Under the pieces are notes generated by a model, which was not told the DNA's origin, did no database searches, and saw nothing but the letters and a program-made list of their open reading frames with translations. DNA of 64,000 nucleotides, taken from Callorhinchus milii. Its lineage: Eukaryota. The stretch's first letter is position 1, and each line of letters begins with the position of its first letter. Location: assembly GCF_018977255.1 (NCBI RefSeq), contig NW_024704742.1:1242001-1306000 (forward strand), given 5' to 3'. Made by a program: the position numbers and the translations under genes. Below, piece by piece: positions 11,573-24,114 of the stretch.

Positions 11573-14515
11573 CTGTGATGGTGTTAACAAGCATGTTACA
11601 TTCCTTCGCCCCAGCACCCCGAAGGCCAAAACAGCAGCAAATACTCATTTCCTACAGCTCAGTCGGCTTGATCAGAGCACAATTCCCCCAACTTTGCTCA
11701 GTGCGTGCGTGCGTGCGCGCGCGCGCGCGGATGTGGGGAGAATGGGGAAGGAGGCAGGAAACACCAGGATAAAATGCGTGGAGCTTTTCTGGGTGGCCCA
11801 AGGCAGACTTTGAGAGGCCAGCAGACACTCCAGCGCTTGCTTCTCTGTTACTCCGCATTATTCTGTTAGGCCACTGTTACTTCATTACTTTGTGGTACGT
11901 CCGGACTGTAAATCAGAGTCAAATCCCAGCCTCCCAATCCCTCCCCTCCCTCCCCCAGTGTTGACAGGCTTCCATGTTCAATTCTATTTTTGATCTCCCC
12001 CGAGAGAATCCGAAGCTTTAGCAAACTCTTAAATAAAGAGTAGTTGAAATGTTCTCTCACGTAAGTCATGTTAGGCAACAGGTCAAGAACCCTCTCCTCC
12101 GCGCTCCCACCCCCTCCCCACCCAAAAAAAGCCTGGATAAAACTCCTAAATTTGGCACATGTCCTCCAACCCGTCTCTTGTCGACGACTGGAAACAGCGC
12201 TGTTAGCACTGAGGACTCGTTCAACCTCAGGTAAACAAAAAAAGAAACACACACCATTTCAAGAGCCTTCAGAGTTCAGTAGAGGATTCTTGCAAATATC
12301 GTACTGCCTAACGGAACGCAATCGAGTCAACATTCAAATACCTCAAACAGTGCAGTTTTTAAAAGGAAAAAGAAAAAGAAAAATTCGGTTAAGTCCGAGA
12401 TAGTCTCGTTGTTCACATTTACTCCTCGGGAGCTTTTGACAGAAGGCCCTGATGAAATCGGGGCTTGTGCTGAACAGTGCTATGGCTCACGTGGACGGAA
12501 ATGTTGCTTCAAACGAATATTGTGCTCGTCGAGATGCTGGATTCCCTATGATGGGCCCCTGTCAGATCACCAGTCTTTCAACTTGCCGTTTGCCATAAAC
12601 TGGCTTCTAGCCAACGTAGCAACTCGGGTTAAAATTAAATTGGGACGTTTTCAAAATGGACAGTAGCAGCGAGGGAGGGGACCGGGGGAAAGCTACCCTC
12701 TGCCCATGTTAAAAGTTAGAAAATATAGTGAAGCCTTAAATATAATGTGGCAGCGGGAGGAGGGTGGTGGGGGGGGTGGGGGGGGGTCAATAAAATTGTG
12801 ACCGGTGTTTTAAGGTGCTGACTGGTGAGGTCACTGGGCACGAAAGCAGAAAGTTGTTTTCCTGGGCAAAAAAGAAGACAAAAACGGCCGATTTCCGGGT
12901 CATCAGGTCACCACTGACAAAATTTTGTCTCTCTGACATGTGCAGTGAGGAGGAAATGGTGTCAGCCGATAACCTGAAGTCAGTCTTTTTTATATATAAT
13001 ATATATTTATATAGAAAAGTTTGCGGGAAGCTGGTTACAGGTCCGCAGGGGGACCTTCAATATAAGCCAATCCGCGTGTTAACAGAAACAAGAGTTTAAA
13101 ACAAAGGAACACGGAGAGAAAAAAAGCGAAGGGAAAACATAGGCATAACGTTTGATTAAATGTTCTCATTTGAAATAGTGTCTGAGAGTTAACACCAGGA
13201 GAACGAAGATCTCCCCATATTACATTACTTTTTTTTGTTTGTTTAAAATTGCAAGAGCTGAAAACTCCCTCCCTCCCTCCCTCATGGGGTTCACCGGCCA
13301 CTATGTTTAGGAGCTCATTCAGCGAAGATATTGGATGTCTGATGTGGGAAACGGGAGAACAAGAGTTTCCGCTTGGAGAGCAGAGTGCGGTGGTTACCCT
13401 CTGGGTTTAACCTTTGCTATTCCTGATGTGCTTTTGCTGACGCTGACATTGCATGCCTCGAATGAGAAATAACCTTGGGGAACAAGAGCTCCGTTTCCAA
13501 CCCACCCCCCCACCCGCCCCCCCCGCCCTTACTTTGCTGTTTCATCCCATCTCGATGAGCACAACAATTCACGGATAATATCGAAACGAAAATAAAGAAG
13601 TTCCTGTTGGCGAAGGCAAGGTAAAGCTCCGCAATTCACCCTGGAGGCAAATCAACGGCACTTTTACTACCTCATCCCGAGCAGTCAACGGCGATCTGCT
13701 TGTGTACCGTTCACCCACTAAAGTTTAGACAATCGCAGTTAATCGGATAGAAAACCAGCCCAACAGGTAGGGACCTCGTGTGCAAGCTGAAATTTTTTTT
13801 TGGGGGGGGGGTTCTGCCCAGAACGCCGGCAAAGACAGTCACGTGTCTCTTCGTGGTAAATTGAAATGGATGCGATTGTCTGGAACAGAGATCTGTAGCC
13901 AACGGAAGTAAGTGGAATGTCGCCTCGTCTCCTGGAACTCTCAGAGCAACGATTTCTCAAGGAGTGACTATCGCAAAGGCCGCTCAGTTCTCCTGTCAGA
14001 GAGCCGCACACATTTCACCCCCCACTCCCCCCCCCCACCACCGACCACGGTTACACACGAACGACCGGACGAGCAAACGTCACACTTGCAGCCTGTGCAG
14101 CTTCGCGTGATCTTGCGAGCGCTACGTTTGCGTAGATTAACATTGAACAGAGGGGCGGCAGGGCTCGGAATCTAGCAATCGCAAACGAAAACGCCGGCAA
14201 TGGAAATGCGATAAAACGCCCCGCGCTACTTTGGGACTCGACGTTCAGGGGACACACACCCGTTTCTGCTCCGGGACAGCCTCGTTACGCACAGTGACGC
14301 GAAAAAGAATAATTGAGAAACTAAGATGCCCAAACCGGCAAGATTTCCCCGGTCACCGTGCTTTCTGAACATTAACCAGTGTGCGGACCTTAGTTACTTC
14401 ACAGGAGAACCTCCAGGGCTCGTGGTCTTGGCATTTCCAGCTTGGCTTTGAACACAATCTCTCACGCCGTCTCTACCAGTAACGAGCTACATTACATACA
14501 GCAACGGGTACTTAC

Positions 14516-14611
14516 AATGACGGGGATGGTGGTTGCCCTGGACAGGATCTGCTTCACCAGTCGGTAACGGTCGTAGAGAGGCTTCATCACCAACCTCTCG
14601 CTCTTTGTGAC
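14516..14611 (-). CDS. FAM13A: FAM13A exon ([32 protein letters not shown])
   Basis: 96 nt, cacag|...|gtaagt, phase 0-0. Confidence 0.95.
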
Positions 14612-15027
14612 CTGTGGACGCACAGAGAGGTTTCTCACCAGGCTTCCTGCACCCCTTGCATTGATCCATTTTCCCCACCAGGACCAGACAGGCATTTGAA
14701 TAAGGCTCCATGTTCATTCGAACCTCGGCTAATATACCTCCCTCACCTCGTTCAAGGTCCGCCTCAAGGCCTACCTCTTCGATCGCGCTTTTGGTCATCC
14801 GTCTCCTCATTAACCCTCCCCCCAACTAACCCCCTCCAACCGGCTCCCACCCACCCCCAGCTCGGGTGCCAAGCCATTTTCGTTAAGCGCCCCCCCACCA
14901 TGTAATGGGCACGTTCTAAAGATAAATTTGCAAGCAATTTAAGCCTCGAGACCAATCATTCGTAAACGAGTCCCGAAGGGTGGCACAGCTCGAACCCCAC
15001 AGCTCGCAGACCGACGGCCACACTTAC

Positions 15028-15111
15028 CGGGCGCCCGTGGATGCTTTCGTAATATAGAAGACCTTTCTGAAGAGCCACTTTTTCCTCGGATATCTGGTCT
15101 CGGGTCATGTC
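15028..15111 (-). CDS. FAM13A: FAM13A exon (DMTRDQISEEKVALQKGLLYYESIHGRP)
   Basis: 84 nt, aacag|...|gtaagt, phase 0-0. Confidence 0.95.
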
Positions 15112-15854
15112 CTGTTCAGAGGGGGACACAAAAAGGATAAAAGCACCAATGAATTGAGAGCAACAGTGAAAGCAGTTGGGAGACGCCCCCCCCCCCACCC
15201 CACCCCGCCAGAAGGGCAGCGAGACAGTCCACGCAAGGAGCAGCTTTTATTAGATCCTCGATAAAGTGAGCGCGTGAGAAAAATACCTCGGAGATTACTA
15301 CGGCGCAGGCCTGCGCTAACACGCCTGTCCAGATCCGATGTCCGCCCCCCCCCCCCCCACAAACCAAAGCCAGTACAAAATGGCCAATTTCCAGGGCAAT
15401 AAGCACCGCTCGTAAGGTCAGAGGTCGTCCTCAACGAAGTTAAGTTCACAAAAGCCGGCAAAACAGCCCTGACCGGTCCCCCGGAAGCTGCTTTCGTTGA
15501 CGGTGAAATACACCACTTCTCACTATGACCACAGATATATGGTCAATTCACTTTACAGTCTATTCTGTGAAGCGCTTTGAGACGTCTCAAAGACGTGAAA
15601 AGCGCTATATCAAATGCAAGGATTATTACTATTAATATTATGGCTGTTCTCTAGAAACTGCACGCCATTGTTTCCCCCCCACCCCCACCCCCCCCTCACT
15701 TCCAGCCCCTCTTTCCCATCTCCATCACTTTCCCTTTGCCTCATCCCCATCCATCCAATCCCTCGAGAGCGAGAACTGGAGTGGCGGATTCACTGAGCTG
15801 TTGGAAGGTTGGTAAGGTGCGCTGGTGGACTACGTCTCCACGGGCCAAGGTTAC

Positions 15855-16081
15855 CTTGATGTCCTCGGAGCGCTGCATTTCGACACGCTTTTCCTGCAGT
15901 TTCTTCAGGATACTCTCCAGCGTGGTGTCCACAGTGGGTTTCTGCGCTCTCTCGGCAACGTCCGGCTTCTTCTCCTGCTCGGGCCCCTTTTCCAGCTGCG
16001 ACCCGAAGCTCTTCGGGAGAGTGTTGCTGCGTTGCCGAACCTGAGGAGCCAAGTCCTCCTCCGACACGTTCAACTTCACAT
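15855..16081 (-). CDS. FAM13A: FAM13A exon (DVKLNVSEEDLAPQVRQRSNTLPKSFGSQLEK...RSEDIK)
   Basis: 227 nt, gccag|...AAG|gtaacc, phase 1-0. Contains an RxRxxT basophilic kinase-type motif (RQRSNT). Confidence 0.94.
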
Positions 16082-16322
16082 CTGGCACGTTAAAAAACAG
16101 AGTCGGGCGGTGAAATGCGCTCTCGCCTGGCAGCGAGGAGCTTGCAGCACCTTTGGCAACTTTTTTTTTTGTTGTGAAAAACATGCAATGCTTATTTTAC
16201 ACAACGTGGCACAGAAGAGACCTCAAGAAAAATTGCCAGACGTATGACTCAAGCTTCTGAAGTATCAAGGTAAAAAAACACGACACGACACTCGCTCAAT
16301 GTGCTCTACGTAGAATCCTTCA

Positions 16323-16550
<228 letters not shown>

Positions 16551-17964
16551 TTAAATAAATGGGGAGGAGGGGTACAGTCAACCGAAAATTTTGGAGGAAG
16601 AAGAGATCCAAGCTGTGCACGAGACAGATAAGGAATCTAACAAAGGGTTGGATGAACTGGCCGTCAGCAAATCTCGACCAAGATGGTGAAAATGAAAACT
16701 TTTGCGAAGTAGTTGGACAGTTAGCAGAGAGCATAATAGCCGAAGCAAGAGTAATGCCTTTTAAAACAAACAACCCCAAAAATTGGGTTTGCAAAGGAGT
16801 CGTATGCTTTGAAAGCAGCTATGGGACGGGGCGTTCACAAAGTCCTGTTAACCCATTTCTTTTTCTTCCGCGTTGATTTTTTTTATTTTCTGCTGCAGAC
16901 GTGCGGAGCGTAACGACGTCCGACACCAGTAACTTCCTCGTCACTGCATCAAAATGCAGACTTGCCTGGACTCGCGCGAACGTTCGGGGAGGAGAAGGGA
17001 GTGGGGGGGAAACACAGGTGCCTCCTGGCAGCCCCATGAGCTACTTCCGACCACTACACTACTGCTTTAAGCCTATTGTAAGAGATTGGACAAAGGCTTC
17101 CTTGATGGATTCAGGCACAAGCAGTTTGCACTGGTGCGTGTGCGTGTGTGTGTGTGGTTTCCCCCCCCCACCACCACCACACGGACTCTTATATAAAAAT
17201 GGTTCCCAGGCCCCGCTGGCTCCTCCCCCGGGCCAGAGTTTTCCCGCGTGGCTGCCCTCGCTCTAGGGCTCCGACTCGTGGGGAAGGGGAGCTCGCGTCG
17301 CAGCAAGCCTCGTACCTCGTGCACCGTACTGCTCGAACGACAGCACGACGCAACAGGACAACCGACGGCACCGACGGGCCGGACGGGACAGAGCCAACAG
17401 CGCCCAAGAGTGGAGGGCATCATGCCGTCGGCGCTCCTCATTCACGGCTCTCGTCTTGCGTTCGCGACGCGAAAGCCTCGAGGGGAACTCTAGCGACGAG
17501 GGGGAAGGGTTTCAAACGGCTTCGGCCGCTGCGCCCAACCAGGGCCAACGTGGGAGGTTTTCAGCCTCGGGAATCGGGCTGCCAGGGCGACGGGTTGAAA
17601 CGATTTGCCGCTGAACGAGAGCTCCGACAGGTCCTCGCCGCACGAAAGGGGCCGTACACACGTAAATCGTACTGTTGTGCAATCACGTGGGAAGTCGGAC
17701 TGGTGGATGCCTTTGCCCTGCCACGGTTTCTAGAGACTCTCCCCGGCGATCAGGCAATTAAAAGTCTGGGGTAATTAATTTGACAATTAAAAGGCAAAGT
17801 TCTTGTTCGCACCCCGGATGCTGAAGGGTCTCCAATAACATTAGCAGCCTCCGCTTTCCAGGTCTATTCTGGAGCTTGTTCCTTTTCGGCTATTGAATAA
17901 GCGCATAATTATGGAGATGACCTTCTGTCTACCTCCAAATCACGGGCTTGTTAAACAGCAAGCT

Positions 17965-18240
17965 TGGCACTTCCATTTAAAGTGCCCCCGTCGCTCCTTT
18001 CCAATCCAAGCGACATCAAAATATCTACAGCGCCTCTCGTGTGCCGAGGCGCTAGACAGTCAGGGATTTGGACCCGAGCTGCGGGTTGGGATCAGGAGGG
18101 CTGGAGGTCAAGAGTAGGAGGTTGACCGAAGGTGCGGTCGAAGAGAAGGGTCTCGAGGCGGGCCTCGAAGGAGGTGAGGGATGGAACGAGGCAAAGGGAC
18201 TGCGGGATGGACTTTCAAAGGGTGGGGGCAGAAACACTAT
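17965..18240 (-). mobile_element. L2 LINE 3' fragment
   Basis: Reverse complement of the L2 ORF2 end and 3'UTR (cccgcctcgagacccttctcttcgacc...cccgcagctcgggtccaaatccctgactgtc). Confidence 0.75.
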
Positions 18241-18328
18241 AGACGTTGGCCCTTCACTTAGATTCTAGCAAAAAACAATTGAGCTCCATAATTTATAAAC
18301 TGGGGTTGAAGTCCTCTCCTCTCACCCA

Positions 18329-19005
18329 GAGTCCTGTACATCAGTGGTGAGAGCACTCGCCTCACGAGAGCGAGGACCTGGGCTCAATTCCCAGCAGGAC
18401 AAGTTTCCTTACTCCCCAAGCCTCTGCTTCCCTAGCAGTAAATAGAGTCCTGGAGTCCTGTAGCTCAGTGGTTAGAGCACTCGCTTTGCAAGTGAGAGAC
18501 CTGAGTTCAATTCCAGGCAGAGGGCGAAACCTTGGGCAAGTTTCCTTACTCCACACAGAGCCTAATAATAATCCCTCCAAAACCAAAAACAATAATAAAT
18601 TGGTCATTTTCAATCTACGACTGTTTGTGGGACATTGCTGTGCGCAATTGGCTGCCGCGTTCGCCCACAAATATACAGTCAATTCACTTTACAGTATATT
18701 CTGTGAAGCGCTTTGGGACGTCCTCCCGACGTGAAAAGCGCTATATCAAATGCAAGGATTAAATAGGAACCTGGTTGTTAATTGATTGGCGGATCACTTT
18801 TCCAAATAAATTTTTTTTTAATCGCTCAATCCACGGCTGTGTGTGCGGACGCTGCTGTGCACAATTGGCTGCCGCGTTTCACCCACAAAATACACAGTCA
18901 ATTCACTTTACGGCATATTCCGTGAAGCGCTTTGAGACGTCTCGAAGACGTGATAAGGCGCTGCATCAAATGCCAGGTTGATTATTGTTATTATTATTGT
19001 TATTA
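18329..19005 (+). mobile_element. Older long-form SINE (18329-18445, 18761-19005) interrupted by a young short-form SINE (18452-18760)
   Basis: TSD TAAATAG at 18439-18445 and 18760-18766; the host halves rejoin to the long-form consensus. Confidence 0.88.
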
Positions 19006-19098
19006 TCAATCCTAACAGTTTACAAATGTCTGGTTCTGTAAATGAATCCTCAAACTCCCGTGTGAACAAGTTACCCCCCGACACTGAAAGCGACTCAC

Positions 19099-19237
19099 GC
19101 GGTATCTCCGCTCCTCTTCAAATTTCTCCTCAAATTTCCTGATCTTCTTCTTCAAGTTCTGGATTCTCTTGCTCATCTGCGCTGGGGTCAAATCTTCCCT
19201 GTCATCGTCATACGAGCCCAAGGATGAGCTCCGGCGC
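19099..19237 (-). CDS. FAM13A: FAM13A exon (RRSSSLGSYDDDREDLTPAQMSKRIQNLKKKIRKFEEKFEEERRYR)
   Basis: 139 nt, cccag|...|gtgagt, phase 2-0. Confidence 0.96.
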
Positions 19238-19466
19238 CTGGGGACAGCACACAAAAAAGCATCAGGTTAACTGCAACAGTCTCTTTCCACTAACGACAAC
19301 TTGCACTTACGCAAACTCCAAGTACTTTTTTTACAACAAATAGTTTTTTTCTTTGTTGGCAGAGACTGCAACCGTTTTATAGACCCTCAAGTTCGACACT
19401 AAAGCCATGAAGTGAATGGCCAGTTTGAGGGACATGTGGCTGGGACATATGAGTTTTGAATAGCGT

Positions 19467-19780
19467 TAATAATAAGAATAATCCTTGCAATTGGATATAG
19501 CTCCTTATATCACGTCCTCGAGACGTCTCAGAGCGCTTCACAGAATATACTGTAAAGTGAACTGACGGTGCATTTTGTGGGCGGAAGGGATCTTTAACAT
19601 CCACCCTGAACGGGAAGACGGCTTAAGATCTCAAACCAAAGCGAGGTACCTCTGATGACCCAGTGCTCCACCAGTAACCGTACTGTTGCGTTAGCCTGGA
19701 TCACGAGCTGAAGTCCCAATGGGGATAGGTATTAACCCAGAATCTTTGACCCTGAGTGGAGAGAGTCGTACCAAGAGGCA
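19467..19780 (-). mobile_element. Deu-type SINE, internally deleted
   Basis: Tail at 19467-19585 joined to old-type head/body (gggatctttaacatccacc...). Confidence 0.7.
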
Positions 19781-20870
19781 AAACAGCAGCAAAGCGTTTC
19801 AGAACAAAAAAAAAAATAAGTGTCCGACACAAACATAGTACAGATCGCATTATGTCAACCGTTCCAGAATCTTGTGCACTCGCTCTCTAAGTATGCATTG
19901 AAAAGTTCTGAGTTACCCTAATCAACAGCGATGTTAAATCAGTAATGGATTGCGAAATATCTTTTGATGGTTCGCGTTAGCAATCTGATTTTGATGTTTA
20001 GACCTGATCCTGTTTCGGGAGTTCTGTGCAACAGAGCGTAACACGACTGCCTGAGCAACAAGTAAAAAGCATTCCATTCCGCAATGCCCTCCAAGTGACC
20101 AAGCGTGAACGCCTTTTGCTTTGTTTGGGGGTGGGCGGCGGGGGAGGGCAAGAAATGGGAGGAAACAATACACCGCTCGGCTGATGTCCTGAGTGAAATG
20201 AAATAGTTCCCGACAACTGATAGCAATCCTCGCGTTCGATACAGCACTTCATCACGACCGAGGGAATCGCTGCCATTTGCAGTCACCACGTACATGCTTG
20301 TAGGCAGCCAAATTAAGAGGCTCGTGTCAAAAGGACAAAATGATCGAAAGACTATCATCAGCCTGAAATGAAGGAACCAGCCTCCAGCTATATATATATA
20401 TATATATATATACAGATACGTTCAGTTTGAAGTCTGAGGCTGCGCTGCTGGAAACCGTTCGATGTGGAGCTAAAGGAACACAGTCAAAGAAATACAGCCA
20501 ATCCTCGTTTGCTAATGCCAGATTTACAGATTCATCAAAGAATTGGGCCCGGGTTGTTGCAGGTTCAGTTACACGGTCCACTGCACCCGGTCATTCCTGG
20601 GGGCCCGGTGATTGCTTTACTGTTCAACCTCGCATCCGAGGTTCTCCGAGCGAGCAGAGACACAACTATGGGCCAGGCTTCGATATCTCTCTCTCTCTCT
20701 CTCTCTCTCACACTCTCACACACACACACACACACACAATCTTGGTCTCCTGCAACCCATTTAAAAACATTTTCTTTAAAAAAAAACATATGAATTTCAC
20801 AGCGCCTCGGACTGAGAGCTCCCCGGGGCTTCAGAACAAATTAAAAGGCGACGGTTTCCCGGCCACTCAC

Positions 20871-21084
20871 CTCATGAACGAATGCGAGTTGGGTGGGGAA
20901 GGAGGCACCTCCGTATCGTTCTGGAACTGCTGGCTCTGGCCGTAGGCGTAGAAGCGGGGGGACACCATGGGGTGGGTGTCTTCCTCCAGCAGGTGGCGGA
21001 TCAGCCGGCCGGCTTGGGGCGAGAGCCGAGCTTCCTCGGACTCGGCTTCCGGGCGCTGCCACGAGGAAAAGGCCGGGACAGGTT
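20871..21084 (-). CDS. FAM13A: FAM13A exon (EPVPAFSSWQRPEAESEEARLSPQAGRLIRHLLEEDTHPMVSPRFYAYGQSQQFQNDTEVPPSPPNSHSFMR)
   Basis: 214 nt, atttcag|...AG|gtgagt, phase 1-2; close to recalled FAM13A. Confidence 0.95.
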
Positions 21085-21312
21085 CTGAAATGGGATCGGA
21101 CGCTTTTCGTCAGCATTAAACGCCTTCGGTCACCTCTCACAAACCACAGCCAAAATTCCTTTCGTTTTTTTTTGTGAAAAAAAAATCAAGTGACTATTTA
21201 TGCTGCGGGGCGTTGCCGCCGAAAAGTGGGGGGGGGGGGGGGGTGGGGATAAGATCTTCCTTTTCTCCCCAGAGTTTCAAAGAATGGTTTGGGGGTGGGG
21301 TGGGGCACTTAC

Positions 21313-21378
21313 CCTCAAGAGCGTTTTGCTGAAGCAGAGATTTGAAATCAATGTAGGGGAAAGTGAAGGGAGGCGACA
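21313..21378 (-). CDS. FAM13A: Putative 66-nt cassette exon (VSPPFTFPYIDFKSLLQQNALE)
   Basis: Long pyrimidine tract + ttag acceptor, GAGG|gtaagt donor, symmetric phase 1-1, no stop. Resembles the recalled FAM13B segment ASCPITFPLIDFKTMHLQRDGE at the same position. Confidence 0.8.
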
Positions 21379-22374
21379 CTAATAAGAGCAAAAGGAAAAG
21401 AATAAAAGAAAAATCAGAGTGAGCAGACAGACAGACAGACAGACAGACACAGACAGACAGAGATGCTGTAGACGAGACAGGAAGAAAATAAGTCCAATCA
21501 ACTCCTGCATAGCAGGAAGATAGCAGCAGGTCACATCTATATCCAATTACAAGCCACGACCGTGCATTTAATCTCCCCTCCTTCATCACAGAACAAGCTC
21601 AGTTTCCAAAGCTATAAAGCCTTCCTGGTGAGGTTACATTATCCGCTGACACCCAGTCATTTTCTCTAATCAAAACATGAATTCTTTTCGAAAAACTATA
21701 TACTTTTTTGGGGTGGGGGGGGGGAGGGTGAACGCAGGTATATAGATGGATGAAGTAGCCCCATGAAAACTCAACAGCCGGGTCTGAGCCGGGTACAGGT
21801 TTCTTCATCGATCCCTTTTAAACAAAATTCTGGTCATCGTAATCTGGTACCCATCATGACTCGATAGAAAGGAAGGGAAATAAAAATGGCTGTAAAGTCT
21901 ATTAGCATATTTACAAAGAATGTACAGCACAGAAACAGGCCACTCGCCCCAACTCGTCCTCCTCGCCAGTGTTTATATTCCACAAGAGTCTCCACTCATT
22001 CCTTACTCCCTCTTCGAGATGTCTTGACGACATAAGGTGCTATTTCAAATGCGAGGATTTCTACTCCCATTGGTGGAATGGTGTTCTGCCATTTTTTTTA
22101 AACAAAATATATCCCACAATGTACGGTACACACAACAAAAAAAAACAAAGTGGTCGGGGGAAACCTAGGAGAGAGGAACAAAAATCTGATGCTGGTGGGG
22201 AAAAAAAAGGCTACAACTATCCTTAAAAGGGCAAATAACAACGAGCTTGAAAATAAGAAGGAATTTTAAATAAGGTAAACATGAGGGCCTGAGCCAGACA
22301 GAATGAGAAGGATTGATGCTTGGTCCGTGCCGGTTTAGCGGATGTCACTCAGCACAATATTTAGTAACAAACAA

Positions 22375-22760
22375 TATTCCTTGCATTTGATAATAGCAAC
22401 TGATCACATTGTTGAGACATCTGAAAAAGCTTCACAGGATATACTGTGTGTATTTTGTGGATCAACGCGGCAGCCAATTTCTGCATAGCAATGTCCCACA
22501 AATAGCCATGGACTGAATGACCAATTCTTTATTCGAGGGACTGTTGGCCAGGACATTGGAAAAAAAAACCTTCTCTTTTTGAAAACCCTTTAACAGGCAG
22601 ACGGGACGTTGGTATAACGTCTCATGTGAAGGACCGCAGCTCAAGACAATGCAGCACATCCGAGCGCTGCAATGGAGTATCAGCATTGACAACGTGACTT
22701 CCAAGAACCGAAGAGGGGCTTGAACCCACTACGTTTTGACTCAGGGTGCTGCCAACTCAC
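22375..22760 (-). mobile_element. Old near-full-length Deu-type SINE
   Basis: Old-type head (gagtcaaaacgtagtgggttcaagcccc), gtcctggccaacagtccc, Deu core and tail. Confidence 0.75.
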
Positions 22761-24114
22761 ACCATCCTTCTCTGCTGTGATAGCTTCTGACACAACTACA
22801 TATGGCTATGGTCGGGCTGCGATGAGGAGAAGAAAAATCGGCCAAGGTTCCTGATCGCTGAGAGGTGGTCATTAGGTGACGATGGGAATGAAGTTAGCTG
22901 GACAGTCAGTCTAATAGCTTTCCGCGACTCAATCAGGAGAATTGCACACTTGGGTGAGGCACAGAAGAGGAACCACAGCCCAGTTTAAATAAAATGAAAA
23001 ACAAAAAAAGGAGTTGGAAGAGGAGCGAATTGGCCAAGGACATAAAAACGTTATTTAAAATCCCAAAATCACAGGAGAATAAGTGGACCAAATCACAACG
23101 CTTCCCAAAAAGGGAAAAAAAAAAACCAAAACGTTGTAATCTCCTCCTTCTCCCGCTTGGGGAGGGATGGAAATGAGGAGAAAACATTTTCTTGCTCCCT
23201 CTTCTGGGATTCCAAAAGTCACATCCTGCCCGAGAGGTCAAGGCAACAGTCTATTCCCACATTAAGGTTGTGTACCAGCCATAAGGTGGGTCCTGCATTC
23301 TCCCCACTTTCACTCCTTATTTAGGATCTGCCTGGCGCCAGCCAGCAGCTCTTAGATCTGCTTCTCATGCTTAGGGGCGAGAACATTGGGAGAGTGCTTT
23401 GCAATGCGCACCATCCTCCTCCACCGTGAAAGCTTCCAAGCATCAGCTTGTTACCTCCCTCCGTCCATTTGAGAAAAACGGCAAGTTCTTACAATAGATG
23501 TTCTACAGATGCTTCAACAACGACGACTTGCGTTCACATGCAAGATTCCATGGCACCATGCGAAAGGAGTTTCTCCCGGTGTCCTGGCCAACAGTCTCCC
23601 CCAAGTAAATTTGTCGTTCTTTTTCGTGGCGACACAGGGTAGCGCTCTGGGAGAGCATAAGAGGGTATGCAGAGCGGGCTCTCTTCCCAATCCTTCTTGG
23701 TCTACCCGGGGGAAAGGCTGAGGCTGATCCGCTACCCTGGTTTCGGTCCATTCCCCCCACTTTGCCAGCCTCCCGACAAAAAGCAAGCTGCAATCAGAAG
23801 CTCATACCTGCAGCACAATGTGCAAATACCTTTAATCGTAAGGAATGTTATCACAAGGTGCACAGATGCTATGTACACCCCCCACCGCCTTCGCTCCCCC
23901 ACCCCATTGGCCCTGTTAGAAGACACCAATTCACAGAGTACGTTTTGAACGTGAGACATTTCGTGTTTTAGAGACTGACAATATTAAGACTGAAAACAGC
24001 AGCAAAAAAAAAAAATCAATTGTGAACAATATTCTGTATGTTGAAATGTGCAAAGCAGGAACGTGCGGTAAAAAACAGTCTGAACGAATGGCAAATAGTC
24101 GAAACTTTTTTTTT

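Noticed and set aside
17148..17774. 208-aa + strand ORF
   Set aside because: GC-rich intron, non-ATG start in a TG repeat, and no recognisable domain.
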